A stretch of 64,000 nucleotides of DNA from Candidatus Levyibacteriota bacterium (GCA_029260965.1 JAJDCG010000001.1:445803-509802), one strand, 5' to 3'; positions 1-10,800 are shown, counted from the first letter of the stretch. The notes: generated by a model not told the origin, from the letters alone. Numbers and translations: made by a program.

Positions 1-447
1 AGAAAAGACTACAGTCAGAAGCAAGCTCAATCAGAACCATCCCCAACCCCAAGTCTGAAGACATATCACTCGGATTTCTTAGGTCTAACTTTTGAGTATC
101 CTCCAGAGTATGAGGTAGAGGAGGAGTTTACGAACGCTGTTTATCTTAAGCATAAAAATGGAACAGTAGAGATACATAGACTGTTTTCAAATCTTACAAA
201 TATAGAAGATTATTTAATAGGATATGATTCGCATAGGACGATAGAAATTCTGGATAAACAAAATTTGAAAATCGACGGATATAATGCGGTAAATAGGTTG
301 GAAAAATTTTCTGGTGGTCCAATTAATGAAGCAAAAGCTTATTTTATATTTATTCAAAATGTAGCAATTTATGTATTTTCAACAGATGACGAAAATCTCT
401 ATGACGATCTTGATCAGATAGCCAGATCATTCCGTTATGATCCTTGA
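1..447 (+). CDS. 3' end of a gene that starts upstream of the window; hypothetical protein
   Basis: Frame 1 is open from base 1 to the stop at 445-447. The track ORF 265..447 is only the part after an internal Met. No recognisable motif. Confidence 0.45.
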   Translation, partial: RKDYSQKQAQSEPSPTPSLKTYHSDFLGLTFEYPPEYEVEEEFTNAVYLKHKNGTVEIHRLFSNLTNIEDYLIGYDSHRTIEILDKQNLKIDGYNAVNRLEKFSGGPINEAKAYFIFIQNVAIYVFSTDDENLYDDLDQIARSFRYDP

Positions 448-463
448 TCTCAAGCAAAAATAA

Positions 464-3379
464 ATGAAACAAGCAAGAAAAATTATCCTCTTTTTGTTAT
501 CCCTCTTTTTACCATTTCTATTTGTAAGATTCACAGATAGTGTCCATGCAGAGACACTTAAAGTATGGGAAAAAGCAGAAAATACTATTTTTCCTCATAC
601 AATCCCCGAAAGTACAATATTACCCGGCGGGAATGTGATGGTGGTAGGTCAAGGTCTTGAATTTGAGAATGAAGCGGCTGAGATCTATGATCCAGGCACC
701 AACAGCTGGAAAGTATCAGTTGGTATTTCCCCACTTAGACTTGCCAATACAGTCACCTCGCTCAAAGACGGCAGGGTTTTGGTCGCAGGCGTAGGGTATA
801 GTCTGGAGGGTGATGAGCTGACATCAGAAATTTACGATCCGCAGACTGATACGTGGAGTGATGGAGGAGACATGAAAGAACTCCGGTTCATCCATGAGAC
901 AACCCTTCTTCAGGACGGCAGGGTACTGGTCACAGGTGGTCTTTGGTTTGATCGCATGAAAAGCGCTGAGATTTATGATCCCGAGACCAATCTGTGGTCA
1001 GATGCTGCACCTATGAGCAGGGAGAGGTTTTATCATACATCGACACTTCTTAATAATGGAAAAGTGTTGGTGGTAGGCGGTCAGTTCAATGGAGCTGAAT
1101 CCATAAAGAGTGCCGAACTATATGATCCCCAGACCAACAAGTGGTCGTCAGGAGGAAATATGCATGTGACAAGATACGCGCATACCGCGACTCTGTTGCA
1201 GGATGGCCGTGTGTTGGTGGCAGGAGGAGTAGAGGATGACAGTGTACGCTCAGTTGCCGAGATTTATGATCCTGTGACAGGTATATGGACCGAGACAGGT
1301 AGCATGAACACAACAAGATTTTCCCACAAAGCAACACTGCTACCTGATGGAAAGGTGTTGGTTACAGGTGGATCAACGCAGAATAATTTTAGTGACATTT
1401 TTTATACAAATACAGCTGAGATTTATGATCCCGCAACAAGAGAGTGGGAACTCATAAATGCCATGAATGATGGTAGGGTAGACCATGCGGCTGAGCTTTT
1501 ACCAAACGGAGACGTGCTGGTAATAGGAGGATTTGGGACTGGAGAGGATTGGCTGAGAAGTACTGAAATCCTGCGTTCATCAGTACCTGCTCCATTCCTA
1601 GATCTGCCGTGGGATTATGAAGGTCAAGGTAAGGAATTTGCGGATGTGGCGCTGGAGATAAATGCGTATTTTGATCATAGCTATCCTTTGTTTGGAAGTG
1701 GTTTGGGAGAGCCATTTGAGTATTTGAACCAGATAACCACATATATGGGCGAGAATACTATAAGGAAGCCTTACTCCCGTCACGATGGTTATGATTATGG
1801 TTCATATGCATCAGGTGTTAAAAATGGCGATTCTGTGTATCCTGCTGCTGCAGGTGTAGCCGAGTATGTTCGTGATCGGGCAGGCGGTCATGGCATTTTC
1901 ATAGATCATGGCAATGGATACCAGACAAGATATTATCATCTTCAGGATATAGGTTTAATTACAAAAACACCGGGTGTAAAAATATCTGTAAATAGAAATA
2001 CGGTGATTGGAAAAGTAGGATCAACAGGTGAGCACACAACAGGACCGCATATTCATATCGGTGTTTTTCAGGATAAGAATAAGGACGGAAATTTTGATGA
2101 TAATGTGCCAGATGGTGCGACTGATCCATTTGGTTGGCAATCAACCGAACCTGATCCTTGGGAGAATTATTCATTTTTACAAAACGGTGTGCAGAAGACA
2201 GGTAATAAAAGTTATTATCTATGGAAAAATAAAATACCAAATTTGAAGAAAGGGCTTTCCTCAAACGGCGGAGTATTTCATGTCGCGAACTTCGGTCTGA
2301 CATTCCCTGAGGATGAAAGTCTGGACGGCTTGACGCTGGAAGCAAAGCTCGGCCCTGTTGAGAGAGTTACCAATTCACTTGTCTCCCTGGGTCCGGTAAT
2401 TGATGTGATCCTAAAAGATCCGCTTGGAAGCCTCATAACTATTTTGACAAAACCACTTTTGGTGACAATTGATTTTAGTAAGGCAGATCTCTCTAGATTC
2501 AAACCCGGAACAATATCAATTTATTCAAGCAGTGACAACAGAAAAACCTGGACAAAAGAGGAGTCCTACGTTGATTATCTCAATAAAAAAGCATCTGCTG
2601 AGATGGACCATTTAACACATTTTGCGTTAATGGGTGAGCGGATAGATACACAGCCTCCCGCAACAACTGTGGGGCTTGACGGTCTCAAGGGTGAGAATAA
2701 TTGGTTCCGTTCGGATGTGGAAGTGTCATTGAAAACTAGTGATAATGAGGGTGGGCTTGGAGTAGAGATTGTTTTGTATAAAATCGAGGGAGGAGAATGG
2801 CAAGAGTACAAAGAGCCATTGAATTTCACTGAAAAAGGAGAATACAAAATAGAATATTATTCACAGGATAAAGATGGAAATTTAGAAGATCCAAAATCAA
2901 CGGAATTCCATATTGATAAAACAATACCTGAGGCAAAGATTTATTTTGACAGAAACAAAGGGGAGATGGTAATAGAGGGAGTGGATGATTCAGGAGATGT
3001 TGTCTTGGAGTATAAAGATTTAGAACGAAAGCGTGAGCAGATAGTGCTTGTTGACAAAGCAGGGAATAATCTTGTTATAGAAAATAGAGAAAAAGAAAAT
3101 GATAAAAGGCTAAAATTTGAAATTTACACGCTTACCTACAATCATACAGAGTTTTTGCAGGAAAAAAACAAATTTGAGGTTATGTATGAAGAAAAAAAAG
3201 GAGAAATAAAGAAGTTGGATCAAAATTTCAAGATAAAAGACCAGGAAAAAGTAAGCCTAAAATATGACATAAAAGACAACAAAACAAAAATTAAAGAAAA
3301 TAAAGAAAAAACAGAAGCAGACGGATTAAAAGCACTTATTTTGTTCACAGATCAGGGAGAGCTCAAGTATAGTTTTTAA
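464..3379 (+). CDS. secreted multidomain protein: N-terminal signal peptide, Kelch-type beta-propeller repeats, M23 (LytM-type) metallopeptidase domain, Lys/Glu-rich low-complexity tail
   Basis: N-terminus MKQARKIILFLLSLFLPFLFVRFTDSVHA is a signal peptide. About 7 repeats of the pattern DGRVLVxGG...EIYDP(x)T..W are typical of Kelch blades. HDGYDYG...GHGIFIDHGNGYQTRYYHL...GSTGEHTTGPHIHIG matches the M23 HxxxD / HxH zinc site. The C-terminal ~150 aa are K/E-rich. Confidence 0.7.
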   Translation: MKQARKIILFLLSLFLPFLFVRFTDSVHAETLKVWEKAENTIFPHTIPESTILPGGNVMVVGQGLEFENEAAEIYDPGTNSWKVSVGISPLRLANTVTSLKDGRVLVAGVGYSLEGDELTSEIYDPQTDTWSDGGDMKELRFIHETTLLQDGRVLVTGGLWFDRMKSAEIYDPETNLWSDAAPMSRERFYHTSTLLNNGKVLVVGGQFNGAESIKSAELYDPQTNKWSSGGNMHVTRYAHTATLLQDGRVLVAGGVEDDSVRSVAEIYDPVTGIWTETGSMNTTRFSHKATLLPDGKVLVTGGSTQNNFSDIFYTNTAEIYDPATREWELINAMNDGRVDHAAELLPNGDVLVIGGFGTGEDWLRSTEILRSSVPAPFLDLPWDYEGQGKEFADVALEINAYFDHSYPLFGSGLGEPFEYLNQITTYMGENTIRKPYSRHDGYDYGSYASGVKNGDSVYPAAAGVAEYVRDRAGGHGIFIDHGNGYQTRYYHLQDIGLITKTPGVKISVNRNTVIGKVGSTGEHTTGPHIHIGVFQDKNKDGNFDDNVPDGATDPFGWQSTEPDPWENYSFLQNGVQKTGNKSYYLWKNKIPNLKKGLSSNGGVFHVANFGLTFPEDESLDGLTLEAKLGPVERVTNSLVSLGPVIDVILKDPLGSLITILTKPLLVTIDFSKADLSRFKPGTISIYSSSDNRKTWTKEESYVDYLNKKASAEMDHLTHFALMGERIDTQPPATTVGLDGLKGENNWFRSDVEVSLKTSDNEGGLGVEIVLYKIEGGEWQEYKEPLNFTEKGEYKIEYYSQDKDGNLEDPKSTEFHIDKTIPEAKIYFDRNKGEMVIEGVDDSGDVVLEYKDLERKREQIVLVDKAGNNLVIENREKENDKRLKFEIYTLTYNHTEFLQEKNKFEVMYEEKKGEIKKLDQNFKIKDQEKVSLKYDIKDNKTKIKENKEKTEADGLKALILFTDQGELKYSF

Positions 3380-3463
3380 TTTTTTATTATCAATCCTTTA
3401 ACCTCAGAAATTAGAGTTATTTATTGCGTAGCCCTGGATAGTAAAAAGTGGTAAAATATCCCT

Positions 3464-4396
3464 ATGGTTTCTATAGTTGTACCTGTTTTTAATGAGGAAG
3501 AGTCAATTGGTGCTTTTTTTACTGAGTTAAAAAAAGTTTTCCCCAAGATTAATGATACATTTGAGACGATATTTATCGATGATGGATCAACAGACAGGTC
3601 TCTTGATCTACTTAAAAATATTTCTGAAACACACAAAAACGTGCGAGTTTTTTCGTTCCGCAGGAATATGGGAAAGTCTGAAGCTTTGACTCTCGGATTT
3701 GCAAAGGCACAGGGTGACTATATAGTTACACTCGATGCCGATTTGCAGGATAAGCCTTCTGAGATTCCCTCATTACTTAAAAAAGCCAAAGAGGGTGCTG
3801 GGCTTGTCTGCGGGTGGCGAAAGAAGCGAAAAGACAAGAAGAAAATGCTGGCAATATCCAGGATTTTTAATAAAACGATGAATACGATTTTTTCACTCGA
3901 CATTCATGATTATAATTGTGGATTCAAGGTCTATACAAAAGATCTTGCTAAGTCTCTTAGGCTTTATGGAGGACTTCATAGATTTATACCATTAATTGCA
4001 GCACAAAACGGTTTTAGTGTGGTGGAGGAAGAGGTGGTTCACGAGCAGAGAAAATTTGGTAAGTCAAAATATGGATTTTCAAAAGTCTTTAAAGACATTC
4101 CAGACATGTTCACGATGCTTTTCCTTGTAAAATATGGGAAAAGGCCCATGCATTTTTTCGGAATTTTTGGAGGTGGGATCGGGCTTGTGGGTTTTATCAT
4201 TTTGGTTTATTTAACAGTTCTTCGTTTTTTGGGATATGCAATCGGTGGCAGGCCATTGCTTCTTTTTGGAATACTTCTGTTTATTACAGGACTTCAAATA
4301 TTTTTTACAGGATTTTTGGCTGATCTATTTATCAATATATCGCAGAACCGACTGGACAGTAAGCAGAGTTTTCCTCTGAAATTTTCAAGCGAATAA
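3464..4396 (+). CDS. GT2 polyprenyl-phosphate glycosyltransferase (GtrB/ArnC/DPM1-like) with C-terminal TM helices
   Basis: VSIVVPVFNEEESI, IDDGSTDRS, RRNMGKSEAL and TLDADLQDKPSEIP are spaced as in the GtrB/ArnC DXD catalytic core. Two hydrophobic C-terminal segments (FFGIFGGGIGLVGFIILVYL, LLLFGILLFITGLQIFFTGFL). Confidence 0.8.
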   Translation: MVSIVVPVFNEEESIGAFFTELKKVFPKINDTFETIFIDDGSTDRSLDLLKNISETHKNVRVFSFRRNMGKSEALTLGFAKAQGDYIVTLDADLQDKPSEIPSLLKKAKEGAGLVCGWRKKRKDKKKMLAISRIFNKTMNTIFSLDIHDYNCGFKVYTKDLAKSLRLYGGLHRFIPLIAAQNGFSVVEEEVVHEQRKFGKSKYGFSKVFKDIPDMFTMLFLVKYGKRPMHFFGIFGGGIGLVGFIILVYLTVLRFLGYAIGGRPLLLFGILLFITGLQIFFTGFLADLFINISQNRLDSKQSFPLKFSSE

Positions 4397-4452
4397 CCTA
4401 GATTTAAGATGCATGATGCAAGAATGAATTTTGTGTCATCAACTCAAAATAT

Positions 4453-5028
4453 ATGAAAATAGGAATAGACATATCACAGACAGCATACGAAAATACAGGT
4501 GTTGCAAATTATGTGCGGAATTTGGTTGAGAATCTGGCAAAAATAGATAAGGAAAATGAATATATTCTTTTCTTTTCTTCTCTCAGAAAGGATATTCCCA
4601 GGTTTGTTAAGGATTTAATGAGGAATAATAAGAGATTTACTTTGAGAAGAAAAAGATTGCCCCCAACAATGTTGGATGTTTTTTGGAACAAGCTCCATGT
4701 AATGCCAATTGAAGATGTGGTTGGTGATGTGGATGTGTTTGTTTCAAATGATTGGGTTCAGCCCCCGACAAGACACGCAAAGATGGTTACTGTTTTGTAT
4801 GATTTGATCATTTATAAATATCCCGAAGAAACACACAATATGTTTAAATTTAATTTTAGAAGTATGAATATATCGCCAAATATAGTTGCATCGCAAAGAA
4901 AAAGATTGGATTGGGTAAAAAAGGAATGCGAGATGATCATTTGTATTTCTGAACAGACAAAAAAGGATGCAATTGAAATACTTGGTATTGAGGAGAATAG
5001 GCTGCGTGTGGTGAGGCCGGGGATTTAG
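4453..5028 (+). CDS. GT4 glycosyltransferase N-terminal domain only (191 aa); truncated paralog of the 14605..15726 gene, probably a gene remnant
   Basis: MKIGIDISQTAYENTGVANYVRNLVENLAKIDKENEYILFF is close to the N-terminus of ORF 14605 (MKIGIDCRLWSQTGVGRYIRNLVTELSKIDKTNEYVLFV). The ORF stops about where the C-terminal Rossmann domain (the EGFG motif region) should begin. Confidence 0.55.
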   Translation: MKIGIDISQTAYENTGVANYVRNLVENLAKIDKENEYILFFSSLRKDIPRFVKDLMRNNKRFTLRRKRLPPTMLDVFWNKLHVMPIEDVVGDVDVFVSNDWVQPPTRHAKMVTVLYDLIIYKYPEETHNMFKFNFRSMNISPNIVASQRKRLDWVKKECEMIICISEQTKKDAIEILGIEENRLRVVRPGI

Positions 5029-5070
5029 CCCCCTGGATGTAGGCATAGGATGTAGGATGTAAGATCTTAT

Positions 5071-5147
5071 ATAAATCATAAATCATAAATCATAAATCAT
5101 AAATCATAAATCATAAATCATAAATCATAAATCATAAATCATAAATC
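5071..5147. repeat. perfect heptanucleotide microsatellite (ATAAATC)x11 in the GT4-GT4 intergenic region, preceded by GGATGTAGG x2
   Basis: Read directly: 11 tandem copies of ATAAATC at 5071-5147, ending 5 nt before the ATG at 5153. GGATGTAGG occurs twice at about 5034-5055. Confidence 0.9.
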
Positions 5148-5152
5148 TAATT

Positions 5153-6334
5153 ATGTTAATAGGTATTGATGGAAATGAAGCGAACGTAGAAAAGCGTGTT
5201 GGAATAGGTCAGTATGCATCTGAACTATTGCGGGAGTTTAGTGTTAAGGATGATGCGTTAAGGGTGAAGTTTGTGGTTTATTTAAAAAATAAACCACTTT
5301 CTCATATGCCTGAAGAGACAGAAAATTTTAAGTATAGAGTTTTTGGTCCTGGCAAGTTCTGGACACAATGGAGGCTGCCTCTTGATTTATATACTCATTT
5401 GCCAAAGCCTGATGTTTTCTTCACACCCAGTCATTATGCGCCTCGCTTCTCACCTATACCCACTGTTATATCTGTTATGGATCTCTCCTACATATATTTT
5501 CCGCAGCTTTTTAATAAAAAAGACCTCAAACAGTTGACTGACTGGACTGAGTATTCAGTAAGACAAGCTAAAAGAATTATAACAATTAGTAATTTTAGTA
5601 AAAATGATATAATTAAAGAATACGGTTTAGCCTCGGATAAAATAGAGGTTACGTATCCTGGGATTAAAAATGATTTAGGATTTATGTCTTATGACTTGAG
5701 CAGTATGAATGATTTGAAGAAAAAATATAAAATAAGTGACAATTTTGTTCTTTTTGTTGGAACGCTCCAGCCTAGGAAAAATATTGTGCGTCTTGTCGAA
5801 GCTTTTTCAAAGATCAAGGATCAGACTTACCTGCCAGTACGGCAGGGATCTAAAAAAGATTCCTCGGCTGCGCCTCAGGATGATATTCAACTTGTGATTG
5901 TTGGTAAGAAGGGTTGGCAGTATGAGGAAATACTAGATGCGCCTCGTAAATTTGGTATAGAGAAATATGTAAAATTTCTTGATTCGGTTGATGACAGTGA
6001 CCTTTCTGTGTTATATAAGAATGCGGTTTGTTTTGTTCTTCCCTCACTTTACGAAGGGTTTGGTTTACCAGTGCTTGAGGCAATGCGCGAGGGATGCCCT
6101 GTTATTGCTAGCAATGTATCATCTCTTCCTGAGGCTGGTGGGGATGCGTGTCTTTACGTTGATCCAGAGGATGCGGATGATATTGCTCTTAAAATAAAGC
6201 AACTAATATCTGACAAGAAGTTGAGAAAATTATTGGTTGAAAAAGGTAAAAAACAAGTTTCACGTTTTGACTGGGAAAAAACGGCAAAACAAACACTAAG
6301 GGTTTTGGAAGAAGCAGCAAGGGACGATAAATGA
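5153..6334 (+). CDS. GT4 (GT-B fold) glycosyltransferase
   Basis: N-terminus MLIGIDGNEANVEKRVGIGQY. C-terminal domain has EGFGLPVLEAMREGCPVIASNVSSLPE, the GT4 nucleotide-sugar binding motif. Confidence 0.8.
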   Translation: MLIGIDGNEANVEKRVGIGQYASELLREFSVKDDALRVKFVVYLKNKPLSHMPEETENFKYRVFGPGKFWTQWRLPLDLYTHLPKPDVFFTPSHYAPRFSPIPTVISVMDLSYIYFPQLFNKKDLKQLTDWTEYSVRQAKRIITISNFSKNDIIKEYGLASDKIEVTYPGIKNDLGFMSYDLSSMNDLKKKYKISDNFVLFVGTLQPRKNIVRLVEAFSKIKDQTYLPVRQGSKKDSSAAPQDDIQLVIVGKKGWQYEEILDAPRKFGIEKYVKFLDSVDDSDLSVLYKNAVCFVLPSLYEGFGLPVLEAMREGCPVIASNVSSLPEAGGDACLYVDPEDADDIALKIKQLISDKKLRKLLVEKGKKQVSRFDWEKTAKQTLRVLEEAARDDK

Positions 6335-6386
6335 CTGAGGATATATGATGTGAAAAATCATAAACAATAGGTTACAGCTCTAAATT

Positions 6387-6980
6387 ATGAGAGACAAAGA
6401 AGGAAATAAGTTAACAACAGAACAAGTCTTGCAAAAAGGCTTAATTAGAATAAAAACAGTTGTTCTTGAGTTATGGGTATTTATACTTCACTTGGTAGGA
6501 TATTTACCATCACATGCTGTTAGAAAGTTCTTTTATAGGATTTCTGGTATGAAAATAGGAGTTGGTTCAGTTATCCATATGGGTGCGAGGTTTTATAATC
6601 CAGCAAACATAAAGATTGGTAATGACAGTATTATAGGTGAGGGCATAGTTCTTGACGGACGGGATAAGCTAGTTATTGGTAGTCATGTAGATATTGCATC
6701 TGAAGTTATGATTTACAATGCCCATCATGACATATCTGATCCCAACTTCAGTGCGGTAACTGCTTCTGTTGAGATAGGCGATTATGTTTTTGTAGGTCCA
6801 CGTGTTGTAATTCTTCCTGGTGTGAAGATAGGAAAAGGTTCTGTCGTGGCGGCAGGTGCAGTTGTGACAAAAGATGTAGCAGATGGAATAATAGTCGGTG
6901 GAGTTCCTGCAAGAGAAATCGGCCAGAGAAAGCTAGAAGAGTTTGGTTATAAGCTGGGTCGCGCTGCGTGGTTTAGGTAG
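6387..6980 (+). CDS. hexapeptide-repeat (LbH) sugar O-acetyltransferase, WcaF/WbbJ-like
   Basis: Left-handed beta-helix hexapeptide repeats IGNDSIIGEGIVLDG..VIGSHVDIASEV..VEIGDYVFVGPRVVILPGVKIGKGSVVAAGAVVTKDV; ends GGVPAREI. Confidence 0.75.
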   Translation: MRDKEGNKLTTEQVLQKGLIRIKTVVLELWVFILHLVGYLPSHAVRKFFYRISGMKIGVGSVIHMGARFYNPANIKIGNDSIIGEGIVLDGRDKLVIGSHVDIASEVMIYNAHHDISDPNFSAVTASVEIGDYVFVGPRVVILPGVKIGKGSVVAAGAVVTKDVADGIIVGGVPAREIGQRKLEEFGYKLGRAAWFR

Positions 6981-6984
6981 ATTT

Positions 6985-7869
6985 ATGTTGCTTTCAATTA
7001 TTATAGTAAATTATAAAAAGCCTGAAATGACTTTTTCCTGCATAGACTCTATTTATTCAAATTTAGGCAAGGAAATTGGGGCGAGCATTGTGGAGGTTGT
7101 TTTGGTGGACAACGGATCAGATAAAAATGATCTGGGAAAACTCCGAAGCCTACTGGGTGAGAGAAAATATAAAAATTTCTCCCTCATAATAAATAAAGAG
7201 AATGGTGGTTTTTCAATTGGTTGTAATACGGGTGCCAAGTCTGCGAAGGGTGATTTGCTACTATTTCTTAATAATGATACTATCATTACAGATCGACGCC
7301 TCATGGACATGGCGTTTTTTCTCAATAATGGAGGGCATATTTCTATACTTGGTGGCAGCATGGTCAATGCCGATGGAACAGACCAGTCTTCATTTGGTAA
7401 GTTTTATACACCGTTTTATGTAGCACTTTTTATTTTGGGATTGGAACGTTTGGGAACGGTTAGTAAAAGTCCAAAGGATGTTAGCAAAGTTGATTGGGTT
7501 AAGGGAAGTTTGCTCATGGTAAAGCGAAAAGTTTTTGAGGAATTAAATGGTTTTGATGAGAAGATATTTATGTATATGGAAGACGTGGAGTTTTGTTATA
7601 GAGCAAAAAATGCCGGTTTTGATACTTATTTTTATCCATATATTTCAATAATACATAAAGATCAAGGATCATCAAGTAGGAGTTTTGCAGTGGTCAATAT
7701 ATATAAAAGCCTTTTATATTTCTACAAAAAACATAGAGGTGTTGTTGAGTATTGGTTTGTGAAATACGCTCTCATGGTAAAGGCATTAATTTTGATTATC
7801 GTTGGTAGAATAATCAGAAATTCTTATTTAATTACAACTTATGAAAAAGCTCTTGCAGTTGCACGATAA
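6985..7869 (+). CDS. GT2 glycosyltransferase (paralog of 13672..14583)
   Basis: MLLSIIIVNYKKPEMT, VDNGSDKND, FLNNDT, EDVEFCYRAKNAGF. Start set at the ATG at 6985; the track start 6943 would overlap the acetyltransferase. Confidence 0.75.
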   Translation: MLLSIIIVNYKKPEMTFSCIDSIYSNLGKEIGASIVEVVLVDNGSDKNDLGKLRSLLGERKYKNFSLIINKENGGFSIGCNTGAKSAKGDLLLFLNNDTIITDRRLMDMAFFLNNGGHISILGGSMVNADGTDQSSFGKFYTPFYVALFILGLERLGTVSKSPKDVSKVDWVKGSLLMVKRKVFEELNGFDEKIFMYMEDVEFCYRAKNAGFDTYFYPYISIIHKDQGSSSRSFAVVNIYKSLLYFYKKHRGVVEYWFVKYALMVKALILIIVGRIIRNSYLITTYEKALAVAR

Positions 7870-10800
7870 ATATACATTAAAATTCTTGACAGCAGGACTG
7901 ATACTCTTTACAGTCCTTTACCCAAAATTACCATCCATTAATATCCTTAATACATGGGTGTATATTCGGCTTGAAGATTTTTTGATTCTTGGCACAACGA
8001 TAATTTGGTTTATTCAGTTAGTACGTAAAAAAGTCACAATATTCAAACCCATGCTTTCGGTTATTGGGACATACTGGTTGGTTGGTCTTGTTTCCTTAGT
8101 TTTTTCAATAATTTTTATTGCACCACAGCTCCCGCAACTTTTCCCGCATGTTGCAGTACTGTCATTTTTTAGAAGAATTGAATATATGATTCTTTTCTTT
8201 ATCGCCTTTTCAACGATAAGAAGCAAATCTGACATAAAGGATTATTTTGTAGTTTTGGCAGTGACTGTATTTTTAGCGTTTTTATATGGTATTGGGCAGC
8301 GTTATTATATAGTTCTTTGGAGTTTCTTTCCTCATATTAATCAAGCTCAATTTTGTTTTCCTTCTTTTCAGACAGGAAACGAGGAATTTGCCAAAGGGAT
8401 ACCTCTTTGTCTCCCACCAGGTGGCAGAATTACATCAACGTTTGGTGGATCATACGATCTAGCAGCATACACAGTCCTTGTTCTACCCATAATATTTGGT
8501 ACGTTTCTTTCTATTAGGCAAAAATTGTGGAAGCTCTTAACAGGTTTGGTTTTTTTGAGTGGAGTGATCCTTCTTGTGTTGACTGCACAGCGGGCTGCTT
8601 TTGTTGCATACATAATTGGAAGTATTTTTACACTAATTTTATATAAGAAGAAATGGTGGATAATACCCCTTTTGGTTGTTAGCTTTTCTTTTTTGATTCT
8701 TTTCAGTGAATCAACTGCAAAGAGATTTCTTTCAACCTTTAGGGTTACAAATGTAGTAGTTGATCAAGATGGGAGGCTGGTCGGGGATGCATCAATTGAT
8801 GATGAGATTGATCCTATTACAAAAACCAGACGTCCAAAATCCGGACAGGATTTACCTGAAGGATCAGCATTTTTAGGTTTAGTTCAGGATGAAGAAATAG
8901 AAACAGATACAGCACTTATTGAAAGAACGCTTACTCCAGAGGAGGCTAGGAGATTACGGCTTGAGAGTGGTAGCGTACAGATATCAACAATATCAGGAAG
9001 TTTTTTAGTAAGAAAAGTTTTGGTTTATGATATTTCATTCACTACGCGTTTTCAGGCAGAGTGGCCCAATGCCTGGCGCGCTTTTCAGAGAAATCCTGCG
9101 TTAGGAAGTGGTTATTCGAGTATTACTCTTGCAACGGATAATGACTATTTTAGAGCACTAGGTGAGACAGGCCTTTTCGGATTATTTAGTTTTATGGGAG
9201 TGTTTGTGATGCTCTGGGTGGTGTTTAGGAAGCTTGTGCCTTTATCTGGTAATTCGATAACAGCAGGATTTGCATACGGATTAGCAGGTGGAGTGATCGG
9301 ACTTCTTGTAAATGCAACACTTATTGATGTTTTTGAAGCATCAAAGGTCGCAGAGGGATTGTGGATTTTGGCAGGGGTTGCAGTTGGATCCCTATTATTG
9401 TATCAAAAAAAGAAAATATCGTACTCAAGTGAGTTTATTAAAACTCTGACTAGTAATACAGCATACATTTTTTATCTAATTCTTTTGATCTTATTCATTT
9501 TCTTACCGACAATGAGTAATTATTTTGTCGCAGATGATTTTACCTGGTTGAGGTGGGCAGCAGAGGACAGTCTCTCGGGATTGCCAAGTCACTTTATTAA
9601 TTCACAGGGATTTTTCTATAGACCACTTGATAAGATTGTTACTTATTTTCTATATACAGTTTTTTCATTCCAACCACATGGATATCATTTTTTCTTAATT
9701 TTCCTCCACCTCATTGCTATAATTGGAGTTTATTTTTTTGCAAAACAAATCACTAAGGATAAGTTATTTGCATTTTTGGTATCCTTGATTTTCGCAGTAC
9801 ACCCTACACATGCTGAGAATGTATTTTGGTACTCAGGGCTTTCTAGCGTTCTTTCTGCTGTTTTTATAATTTATGCAGCTATTTGTTTTTATAGATTTAG
9901 AGAGAGGAAATCTGTTTTTTCATATTTTTTGGCTTTTGTTCTGAGCATCTTTGCTTTTTCTTCCTATGAAATAGCAGTCTCAATTCCATTTTTGTTTCTT
10001 GTAATTGATATATTTTTATTTAAAGCAACAAAAAAGCTCAAATATTATTTGCCACATGTACTTTTTATTTTGCTTGTCCCTTTTTATTATTTACTCAGAG
10101 AGCTAACTAACACTTTCCAAAACGGAGGTGATTATTCATATAATTTAATCAAAATAGTACCAAATGTAATGGGTAACATCCTGGGCTATGTAGGAATGTT
10201 TATAAGCGGTGAGTCATTTATCCCTGTCTACAATCTCCTGAGGGGGTCTCTTAGGGAAAGCGCATTTTCTATTGGTATTGTATTGACCGTCTCATTAGCA
10301 GCTATCGGTTTTCTGTTTTATATAAACAGAAGTATTATGGGTAAGCTGTTGAAGAACCGCATGTCAGGACAGATAATGTTTGGAATAGCTTTTGCATTCT
10401 TTTCGCTTCTTCCCTTTCTGCCTCTTGGGAATATTGCCCCACGGTATCTTTATTTATCATCTGTTGGGTTTTCAATAAGTGCGGTACTCATCATGTATGT
10501 TCTATCTAGATATAAAAGATTTCTCTTGGTATTGGTTGTTGCTGTGATTGTAGCTATTGGCGCTATCCAGCTTGATAGGGCCAGTGACAGATGGAAAGAT
10601 GCAGGATATGTTACGCAAAATACTCTATATTTTTTCAGGAAAAACTATGACGATCTAAAACCAGCTGACAAAATCTATTTTGTTGACACTCCAGTGACTT
10701 ACAAAGGTATATGGACTTTCCCGACAGGATTAAATGATGCTCTTTGGTTTATTTATAGAGATGATCTTCCCCAAGTGAATTTGGCTGATTCAATAGAAGA

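Noticed and set aside
1086-2502. Minus-strand ORFs of 60-140 aa antisense to the Kelch/M23 gene. The same applies to 12874-13293, 33139-33758, 39506-40468, 46286-46830 and the other short track ORFs nested within long well-supported genes.
   Set aside because: They sit entirely inside long ORFs that have clear protein motifs, and their translations have odd, low-complexity composition. Treated as spurious antisense frames.
5071-5147. Considered whether the 7-bp tandem repeats (5071-5147 and 37095-37122) are a CRISPR array.
   Set aside because: The units are 7 bp, contiguous, and have no spacers. They are microsatellites.
6943-6984. Track start of the GT2 at 6943, which overlaps the acetyltransferase by 38 nt.
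   Set aside because: The conserved GT2 N-terminus begins at the Met at 6985. The shorter start avoids the overlap.
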